Shown here in pieces: positions 52,049-64,000 of a stretch of DNA of 64,000 nucleotides. The stretch covers positions 124,806,001 through 124,870,000 of the forward strand of contig NC_042998.1 in the NCBI RefSeq assembly GCF_006345805.1, in the 5' to 3' direction. Numbering within the stretch: the first letter of the stretch is position 1; every line of letters begins with the position of its first letter. The translations under genes and the position numbers were made by a program. Origin of the DNA: Octopus sinensis (Eukaryota). The notes beneath the pieces were generated by a model. It did no database searches. It was not told the origin of the DNA and saw only the letters and a program-made list of their open reading frames with translations.

Positions 52049-53255
52049 TACTTGAATCTTCTTTGCCATCGTTTTCAAATATGAAGTGCTGGCTCTCAAG
52101 TAAAATCCCTCGATACTCTTTCCGAATCAGATTCAATTCCATTTAAAACAAATTTTGCTAGGCTTCACAGTCGAGTACCACCAACAATATAATTTCTTTA
52201 CAATTGCCTGTCAAAAACTATATATGCAATAACCCCATATCACTTCACAACCATTGCATTTTCTTCTGTTATTTTACTTATAATCCGTCAGCCTCCTCTC
52301 TTTATCTTTGATGTGTGTCTGTGTGCGTGCGTGCGCGCGTGTAGTTTGTGTCTGTGTGTGTGTTTGTGTAAAAGCATTCCACTGCGTCGAATGAATGAGG
52401 ACGGAACGCGGAATAAACGTTGTACAGAATTTAACCAATTGGGACTATTATTTTTAAGATTCGAGTTTCATGTCACTGCGATCTACAAACCAGAACTATT
52501 ACAATTCATTTTTAGCGATATATTTATATTGTAAATGTGATGTTTTAGTTTGTTTGTTCATTGTTTAACATTCTGCATTTGCCGATTTTCTGTTGTTTCT
52601 ACGTTTTCAGTTATTGTTTTCTTATGAAGTGGTATTTATTTTTCCTTTATTTATTGATGAGAGTGAACGTTTTAATGTTGTTTATTCGTTCCGTCAGTTT
52701 TTTGTTACTTTCGTTTATATTTTGGGGCCAAATTAATTTTATTACATTATGTCTGTAAATGTCAAATCAAGATCAAAGAATTTTAAAAGATATGTTTTCT
52801 TGTATGTGAATTTAACCGTAAAACTAATTCAGAGGTCATATTTACTTATTCAAAGTGGTATTTTCTGCTTAAGTAACTTTTGGGTGACATGTAAAAAAAT
52901 TTTTTTTTTAAATTAAAGGAGCTTGTTTCCTTAGTTCATTGGAGGAAAATAATGAATTAAACAAACAAAACTTTTGAATTAGTCTAAGGAAAATACTTCC
53001 CATGCTTCATTGAAGCCACACAACCGGAAATTTCTACTTACAGTAAATAAATATCATTTAGAGTTAAACTCACTCACAAACAGCATTTTTAAATACCCCT
53101 AATTTTGACCCAAAGAACATTTACAAACACAATACAATAGTACATACATATCCACATACTCACACATGCATATATATAAACACACACACATGTATATATA
53201 TATATATGTGCGTGTGTGTGTGTATATGTATATTCGTATATATGTATGTATGTAT

Positions 53256-53370
<115 letters not shown>

Positions 53371-53394
53371 TATGTCAGGTCACTTTCGTGTGCT

Positions 53395-53865
53395 ACTGGT
53401 AACATGTAACCCAGTACAACCTGTTGCATGGTCGGGTCGTCGGCGACTAAACCGGCAACCCCAGTAAGCTTCCTTGGTGAGGAGGGTGTCTATTGGACAC
53501 CCTGCGGTATGAAAAACAAAACCCGTCAAAGAGTGGAGAAACCCTTGAGAGTCAAAGGCTATCGAATAAATGTCTTAAGGCTGTATCATGCGCGGGGACA
53601 TAGAAATAATCAGACTGAATGCACGATCGCGCGGTTAAACCATTGGGAGTGAAGGACTCCTAGCCTTTGTTAGGGCATCCTTCTAGGAGAAGGTAACAGA
53701 GATATCTCTGGCCTAAAACTGCGGCTCAGTGGTTACCGATGATGTTGACTTGCTCTTCTTTTCGGATTATGGCTGGTGTTGCTTAGTGAGTGGGATTGAC
53801 TCAGTGCACAGCCTTTCCTCACTTTAAAAACAATCTTCTTGCACAGGCATTGCACGATAACAACA
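53395..53865 (+). mobile_element. Unclassified GC-richer interspersed repeat, possibly an RTE LINE 5' region
   Basis: Compositionally distinct block between microsatellite and another repeat; family assignment is from recall only. Confidence 0.35.
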
Positions 53866-54000
53866 TTGATTAAGCTTGATCTTTATGTTGTTTGTTTTGT
53901 TTTCCATTTGTGTCTATCGTTGTTCGAAAGAATAGTTCATTTACTTGTGCTTCGAATGTTTTTGTACACATTTCGTGACGTCCTGTGCCCACATATGCAA

Positions 54001-54031
<31 letters not shown>

Positions 54032-54206
54032 TATACGTATAGATGTAAGTATGTACATATACCTATGTATATGTGCATATATATATGAACAAAAACCGAA
54101 ATAGTTAATCTCGAACTCGAGTTTCGCTAATATTTGTCAAATAAACTAACTTGGAATCTGTAGCTCATCAGCTCTTCTTTGTGTATAAAACTATTTTATG
54201 CATGCT

Positions 54207-54314
<108 letters not shown>

Positions 54315-54489
54315 AGTATGTATACATATATATGTATGTATGTATATATATATGTATATATATATATATATATATAATATAGGATAAAACTTTTCGAAAC
54401 AAATTCTATCAATGGCCAGCATATTAAAGAATATATTTAAAGGTTAAATTTATAAACAAGAGCAAAAGAAAACAAATTTTCTAATGCCA

Positions 54490-54640
54490 AATATGACGAA
54501 GAGCTCCGCTCGAAACGTTTTATGCTCCTTCTTTCTTTCCTTTCCTGAGCGTCCAATAACACTATACTTGTTCCACGTGCTCGCGTTGTTGTGTTTTCTC
54601 TTTGTGTTTTCATGTTTCGATTAACTTTACACTACATATG
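54490..54640 (+). mobile_element. PLE-type terminus with a degenerate hammerhead
   Basis: ATGACGA A GAGC TCC GCTC GAAACGTT (54493-54519, first core base C>A); downstream sequence is related to 18790-18830. Confidence 0.55.
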
Positions 54641-55734
54641 ATATTTATAAACAAGCCCGAACGGTTAGCGCATCACTTTCGGTCATTTGTATTGTAGTTA
54701 AAAATTGTCGCCTCAAAACAGAGAATGAATATTATGTATATTATTATACAGTTATATATATGTGTGTGTGTGTGTTATATGCGCAAATGCTTATATGTAT
54801 AGTCACATATATACGTCTACATGTATATATATATATACACACACAAATATAAGTATACATATATAAATATGTATACACTAGTCTATACTTACACGTGTTT
54901 GTATATGTGTGTTTGTGTGTGTGCTCATGTGTGTATGTGTGATAAATATACACGACTTCGAAGGAATAAAACTTTGTGAGTGAAATCTGGCAGACTAAAA
55001 CAATATGGGCAGCTGTTGTCGTAAAGATAGTTTCTTTTCTAGAATACTACACGTTTTTCGTCGACAGTTTTTAACCTTTCTAAATCCCTTTCAAACCTTG
55101 TGCATGGGCTGCTCACTTGCAAGCATACGAGCATATTTCGAATAACTCTTACCATGTGTCTTTTGTGGTTATGAAGAAAGGTCATGGAGTTTGCCACTCC
55201 TTCTCCGAATTAATCGTATTTAGTAGGAAACTTTAACTAGATTCCTGTAGTAGTGAACAATACCACCAGTTTTAATATGAACTAGTATATACTAAAAACG
55301 GCGTTTTGACAATTACTTCAGGAGAAATTGCATCAATCAGTCGTTTCATAACAATTGAATTTTGTGCGTCTGTTAACCATGTTTGAAATGAAAATTCTAA
55401 GAGTTGAAGCAACTATTTTCACACCTGCCAAGTCATTTTTATTGCTAGTTATGAATATCTTCATTAGTGATAAGTGGTTTGGCCTTTACTCACATCTAGC
55501 TATAATACTTTTCTCTTTATTGCAGCATAATGGAAGGTTTATGAAGTTATTCCAAGAAAATATTTGATGTCTCAGCTGCAAACTTTACGATAAAGTTTGT
55601 AGCTTAATTCCTGTGTTGCGAAGAGATAAGTAAGAGTTTCTCTTCACTAATCTCTCCACTCACCATACGGGATAAATATTTACATTTTCAAAATTTTAAC
55701 ACGTTCAAATTTCATTTCATTTCATTTTGAGTCA

Positions 55735-56125
55735 TCAGGGTCGTGTTGTAGGCTGGCGCTAGGGTCTCGGTGAAATTAGTGTATTAACTGATTTTCATGT
55801 TCTCATATACCACTGTCAGTGCAAATTGAACTGTGCACAACCAGTATAAAGTAACTGTAGCCTAGACACTAAACAGTGTTGTAGATGCACTCCAATGATT
55901 TGAACTACTGATCTATCAATGAGGGAGCCTGCAAATGGTTCTTCATCCTGCTGGAAAAAGCAGCTATATCTCCTTCAAGTCACACCCTAATCTCTTATAT
56001 AAGGACAGCAACGTTAGATAGTTTAATCGTTGATATCTCTAAAATGACGGCATGATCATGGTTGCAATATCTTAGTTAATAAGGCTACTTCATTAGGGTT
56101 GACACAGATAAACAATAACAACAAC
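55735..56125 (+). mobile_element. Old SINE-like repeat ending in (CAA)n; related fragment at ~36165-36335
   Basis: ctggaaaaagcagctatatctccttcaagtcacaccc versus ctagaaacatcagccaatctctatcaa; tail aacaataacaacaac. Confidence 0.45.
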
Positions 56126-57088
56126 CTAACTGCTATCTGATAACGCATCATCACCACCACATAATTATATGTAGATCTCCATCTGTTTTACTCATATTTA
56201 CCATTAAATCGTTGCTACTACATTTTATTCCATTGCATTAACCTCTTTTCTCCAATATTGCATACTTACCTAATCAAAATTCCTCTTGTCGAGGTAGGCT
56301 GTACAGTCGATTAGGCTATCGACTCACCTAAATATTACTTCCTGCTCTACTGCAATCGCTTGCTTATTTCTACAAAATTGATATGCATATCTTTTCAAAG
56401 AATCAACATTTTTGTTTTATTCTTTTGATTGTCTCTCCAGGCCTGACTGTTTCTCGTTCATTTTGCACTGTTTTTTTCCTTAGTTTTCGTATGGATGTTC
56501 GATCCGTTTATGCTATGCTTACGTTTCTTTTGATTTTCCGTATCTACTAAGAACCACCTGTTTATCCGCATCATTATTTTAGTACTTAGACTAAGTTTAA
56601 TCAATAGTGAAAGAAAAATTTTAACGTCGAAGTGATTTTATTTATCTTTTCAAGACGTGTGTGTATGTGTGATTTTTGCTTCTTCTATCGTTTGTTTTAG
56701 TTAAATCGTTGTTATTGTTTGTTTTTAATTAACTCATTATTTTTCACATCATCAAATTTCCCATTGAAGTTATTTTACTTTCCATTTTGTTTTTCTTTTC
56801 TTTTCATTTTGATTTTAGGCGGTTTCTCTTCATTACCCTATTTTAATCAGTTCTTCCGAAGACTCTATGATCATTGTTGCGTATAAAATGGGTATTAAAA
56901 AGCGAATTTTTGCGAAAGGAAAGAAACCGGCAAGAGAAGAAATCGCTCCTTAATATGTAGAGATCCTTTTAAGGATGATTCGAAATCTCAGCCCTTGGAG
57001 TTTGCCAAACTCTGTGTGGATCTTGCTACATACATTTTTGGTACGCTCTCCCGCAGATATGTGTGTGTTTGTGTGTGTGTGTGTGTCC

Positions 57089-57148
<60 letters not shown>

Positions 57149-57376
57149 CTTAGAAATCCGAGCGGCTTCTTAAGTCAACACCTCTACAAACGCCAGCTAC
57201 TATAGAGCAGAGCAGATAATTTTTTATAAAAGGAAGCTGTTCCAACATATTGAAATTTCAGGGAGAATTTGTTATTGCAGGATGTAATACAGTACGTCTA
57301 AGATCCGTCCCCTCCATACTTGGGATTACCACAAACACACACGTACATACATAGATATTATGTATGTATATGTTTA

Positions 57377-57428
<52 letters not shown>

Positions 57429-57666
57429 ATTAATTAACAGATGGGTTTTGTATTAAACCTCTATTGGGTATATATGTACATATATGTGTATGTATATATG
57501 CATATGGGTGTGTATGTATGTACATATATATATAAGTATGTGCGGTTGTGTATATGTGAGTGTCTGTCTGTTTGCGCGTGTGTATGTCTGTTTGTGTATA
57601 TATGTGTGTCTCTGTGTGTATACGTGAGTACTTATTTATATGTTTCTATGTATATGTATATATATA

Positions 57667-57735
<69 letters not shown>

Positions 57736-58298
57736 GTATGTGTATATATGTATGTGTGTGTGCCTCTGTCTGTATGTATGTATGTATGTATGTATGTATG
57801 TATGTATGTACGTATGTATGTATGTATGTATGTATGTATATGCATGAACATAAAACTACGTGCCTAAGTATTAATCTTCTTTCCTCCTTCTACTTTCTTT
57901 TTCCTCTAAGCAGTTATGACAGCGAATGCTGATTAGGTCATTATCTAAACTGGAACGCAAGATTTCCACGCTCATATTTGAATTTTTTGCGTTTCTGCAA
58001 TATTATTTGCTTTTATTCATTCCCTAATATGATGAGCATATAAGAAGCCAGCTGACGGGTCGAAACATATGTTGTACCCAATAAAGGTTTAATACTGAAT
58101 CCATATCATTACCCTAACTGTTACTGCGGAGTTCCTAAAGTAGATCCAACGGAAGTATACCACAACTGCGGATGACAGCAGGTAGCCTAAACTGTGCCGG
58201 TGATCTACTCGACATTTAAACGCACTAATCGACAATTGACTTATACTTATTTGTCCAAACTATTATATAAACATGTATGTATCTATACGTATATATAT

Positions 58299-58344
<46 letters not shown>

Positions 58345-58359
58345 CATATATATATTGAT

Positions 58360-58714
58360 AGTTATCGCCAAGCTAACATGGCAGTCCAGAAATATTGGAC
58401 GAATGCTGTCGTTGATTAGCTCCAAGAGGCCATCGCCTCTAGCTAGTTATGTGACACACGAACCTGTGTCCATTATAACCGTCAGACAGGGAGGTCAGCC
58501 GCTTCCACTTGCTAGTCTGGCATCTACAGACTAGTTTCAGGGTATTTGGCCCTTATCAATGTACACTAGCCGAACCCAGCAGGCGTCGCTACTGCCGTCT
58601 GTTCGAAAGATTATTTACCTAAAATTCAGTGGAATACATCCACTGGTTTTCAAAATTAAAAATATTAATATTCGTCCTACTTTTCTGGACTGCCATGTTA
58701 GCTTGGCGATAACT
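58360..58714. mobile_element. Unclassified MITE, ~355 bp, with a 35-bp perfect inverted repeat
   Basis: ATAGTTATCGCCAAGCTAACATGGCAGTCCAGAAA (58358-58392) and its exact reverse complement (58682-58716). Confidence 0.85.
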
Positions 58715-58769
58715 ATTAGTATCCAGTACCGCTGCCGTAGTCTCCATTAGAGAGACTTTGAAATATTAA

Positions 58770-58836
<67 letters not shown>

Positions 58837-58989
58837 GCTGTAATGTACCTCAAAATATATCTATATATTAAGGTCAACGTTACTTGTGTAAATTAATTCG
58901 GTGAGCATCTTTGGAAGATAAGAGAAATGTCTAGGATGAATAGTTAATCGGTGGAAAAAAAACTGTAGTGAGCAGGGAAGATTGGAAGA

Positions 58990-59620
58990 GTTAGCGGCTC
59001 GTAATCCTTATCGTTGTAAGTCATTGCCAAGTCTAGCACAGTGAAAGACAGCCCATGATTGCCTGAGACCCGAAGGTTGAGGTTATCTCAAGTTCAATAA
59101 TCTATATGGATATGGAATCGGAAATGAATTTGTCTAATCCTTTGAAAATGTGATATACAGTAAACAACTATGAAGGCAAGTTATGCTTTCGGACTTTTCC
59201 TCTTCAAAGAAGCTTGGAGATACATCAAGGAAATGCTTCTTTGAATTGGACAGGGCAGTGCTGATAGTAAATCAAGTAACATATCAACCGTAGACAAACT
59301 ATATTCCACTGCGGTGCTTTAGTCAGCAAAAGCTACATAAAGGGTGATATGCCAGACAGTGTCCGTAAGAAAAGTAGATGAGCTGATTACATAGTCAAGG
59401 ATGAGGATCAAAGCAAAAACAAAAATATAAGTCACAATGTCAGACATGTGTTCAGGATGGACAGAATAACATAAAATGTACAATAGCACGAGAGACTTCG
59501 CCAATAGTCAAAGAGGCATCCTTCAATCGGTTCGGACAAGAAGAGTTTGAAACATTATAAGTTAGAAACTGTGGGACACATTTTGTGAACCAGATTGAGG
59601 ATGGATTACAGGCCACTGAC
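58990..59620 (-). pseudogene. Decayed CR1/L2-like LINE C-terminal region
   Basis: LYVAFAD*STAVEYS...IQR resembles LYKALVRPHLEY...W...LE.IQR; weak. Confidence 0.45.
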
Positions 59621-59651
59621 GGTTCAAAACTACCAGGCTAGTATTATATGT

Positions 59652-59987
59652 ACATTATTTACATTATTTACGTTTGACGGATATTTGTCATCTTGTTTGT
59701 TGTTAACACAACGTTTCGGCTGATATTCCTCCAGCCTTCATCAGATGTCTTGGGAAAATTTCGAACATAGATTCTCATTCCTAAGGTATTTTTCGATGTT
59801 GTTGTTGTTGTTGTTATTATTATTATTATTATTATTATTCACGTCACTGCCTGGAATCGAACTCGGAATCTTAGGTTTAGTAGCCCGCGCTCTTAACCAC
59901 TACGCCATATGCCGGATGAGGACAAATATCCGTCAAATGTATATAATGTAAATAATGTACATAATTCCTCAACTCTTAAATATAGAA
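59652..59987 (-). mobile_element. Non-autonomous element: tRNA-like head, (TAA)n, hammerhead and PLE-like tail, with an inverted tail copy and 14-bp TSD
   Basis: Direct repeat CTAGTATTATATGT at 59638-59651 and 59988-60001; inverted arms 59648-59692 and 59915-59962; A box at 59897-59907, B box at 59853-59862. Confidence 0.85.
59705..59749 (-). ncRNA. Minimal type I hammerhead ribozyme, core intact
   Basis: GACAU CUGAUGA A GGCUG-GAGGAAUAU-CAGCC GAAA CGU U GUGUU: 5-bp stem I (2 G-U pairs), 5-bp stem II, palindromic ACGU stem III, GUU triplet. Confidence 0.8.
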
Positions 59988-60199
59988 CTAGTATTATATG
60001 TTTCGGCCAATATTCATGCTTTTCGAGTCACGAGTTCAAATCACTGAGCAGAAGTGTTCAGTAGTAAATGACTAGGTCCGTCTCGTCTAACAAATAGCTC
60101 AGCTTATAACCGTAAAAATGGTGTTTTGCGTTTCAAGTTGACATAAATTGCTGAGATGTAAAGACTAGGAAGATATGGACAATAATGCTACTAAAATTT

Positions 60200-60385
60200 T
60201 CAAGGGATTAAGAAACTACGAACAGAAAAGGATCGCATGAAAAACAAAGAAAACACGAACTGCGCAAGTCCAGACCCAATTCCTTGCCGTCAGTCCCAGG
60301 AGACCATCAGTACCCGACCGATGGCAGAACCTTCCGAGCACGCATCTGGCTGATCGACTTCAACCGAATACACCTTGTCCCGCCT
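60200..60385 (+). pseudogene. RTE (BovB-like) LINE 3' end remnant
   Basis: YPTDGRTFRARIWLIDFNRIH resembles the C-terminal CP.C.R.FRARIGL.SH.R.H zinc motif. Confidence 0.65.
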
Positions 60386-61557
60386 TTTTCTTTCGTATGA
60401 TGCCTTTTTCATTGTCGACAACGACAGACGGACGAATATCATTTACTCTTTATCTCTCTCTCCCCCTCTCTCTCTTTCTTTCTTTCTTTCTTTCTGGCTC
60501 ATTTTTCTACACAGATACGTTTTCATTGTCTGCCTTCAAGTACATATTTCATTTTCTAAGATCACATCTCAGTTTGTCCCTCATTTTCATACCATACATC
60601 ATCTCTATTTTCTCTATTTTCTAACCTGTAAAAAATTACATACAAACACCATAATGATAAATTAATTTATTCTATATATGAAAATGAATTCGATATTAAA
60701 ATGCATTCATAATTTTAAATCTTATTGAATTTCATTTCTTATAAATAAACTAAGGTTAAACCATTGATAATAAATTTGCTTTCAACTTATATATCACGGA
60801 AATATATTTACATACTTTGATGTTTAAATATATGCGTTTCCGAAAGTAATGAGCTTCCAAAAGTACGTGTGAACTGTAATTCATCTATACATACGTGTGT
60901 GTGTTCGTTTATATGTGTGTGTATATGTGTGTGTGTGGATGTATTTATGCATGTATATAGGTATGTATGTAGATATGGATGTATGTTCTATTTTATTTTT
61001 TATTCGTTGAAATCTTCCTGGAAAGAAGGAGCTGGTTTCTAACAAAGATATAAGCTCCATCATTTGAATGTATATAAACTAAACAATGTTACACTTCGAA
61101 CATCAGAAAAGTCTTGCATATTTTTAGTGTTCCAGTTGCAGATTGCATTTGTAATGCGTGTGCTAGCTGGTCTGGTTCTTTCTCTGAAAACTCTAGATTT
61201 TCCTCTTAAGCATATACTAACAAAACAAAGTGCACTTAATTATAAATGTAAATTGATAATCTGGCTATAGAAGCTAAATTCCTGTCACATTAAGAGCTAG
61301 TATTCAGATGATATTTTGGATCAGCTGCTGATCATATGTGTGATGTTTTCCACATAAATATGACATAATCGACATTTTTGACTGCGCCTTGGGGACCTAA
61401 GCTTTTACTGTCTCTTTTTGTTTATTATGTAATTTGTAGCAATCTCCTGGGATGTGTACACTGTGCACAGCCTCTGACGTGATGTAGCGGTCGTGCGTCC
61501 AAGAAAACCTACACTCCGTGTATTTATATAGTATGCATGTGCAATAATGCACAAATC

Positions 61558-63353
<1,796 letters not shown>

Positions 63354-63422
63354 GTCACATTTTGTATACTAACATATATATATATGCACACATATATATA
63401 TACATATACACGTATATATATA

Positions 63423-63476
<54 letters not shown>

Positions 63477-64000
63477 AATACACACACACACACACACATA
63501 TTTATATAGACAGACAGACGGAAAGATCGGTTTTAGTGTGAAAGATTCTTAATGTGAGCCGTGTTGAAACAGATTTTGTTGTATTTCGGCTGGTCAATAG
63601 GCTATAAAAAACACACACTGGTTCTATTGCACTTCAATATTATTCTTCAATTGCTTTAAATATTTAACCAGTTAACTAATCGTTTGCTTACACAAACATT
63701 CAGTCAATTAATCAGTTATGTTTGTCAAGTTCCTTTTGTCACCTTCGTGACCTCTGCAATGACTTCTCTTTCTACTTCAGGTCAGCTTCAGACCTCACGT
63801 TTACATACAAACATAGTGTATATATGTGAAGTGATGCCGTAAATATTACACAGACGCAACGATTAACCAAACGAAGGAGCATATCTCTATGCATAGACAT
63901 TCTTTGTCCAACCCTCAACTTCGCTTACAGAAAATGCCCAGAGTTTAGCTGATACTAAGACTGCTACATATTGAAATGGTCGCTGGCGAAATATGTTGTA

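Noticed and set aside
53395-53865. Possible HDV-like ribozyme, as found in RTE 5' UTRs
   Set aside because: I could not assemble the nested double pseudoknot by hand; needs an RNArobo or Infernal search
58025-58075. Hammerhead-like GAAACATATGT with an upstream TGATGA
   Set aside because: The palindromic stem III is present but no convincing stem II or intact CUGANGA can be placed

Overview
AT-rich eukaryotic genomic DNA with a very heavy microsatellite load (TA, CA/TG, GATA, TATG, TAA). The repeat types suggest a cephalopod, probably Octopus, but this is inference and was not searched. I found no host protein-coding gene; most ORF-track entries are translations of microsatellites. The window is a mosaic of transposon remains: two main tRNA-derived SINE families, RTE, CR1/L2, Tx1/L1 and R4/Dong-like LINE fragments, several Penelope-like element (PLE) fragments, Tc1/mariner transposases (one Tc1 broken only by a single stop), MITEs and a tRNA-Trp fragment. 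The most notable signal is a set of type I hammerhead-ribozyme (HHR) motifs in outward-facing inverted PLE-like termini. These include a 460-bp near-perfect palindrome with an HHR on each strand and a ~340-bp tRNA-headed, HHR-bearing element with a 14-bp target duplication. Two LINEs sit inside microsatellites (GATA and TAA), and the GATA-embedded one shares its 3' tail with a SINE. All alignments and folds were done by eye.
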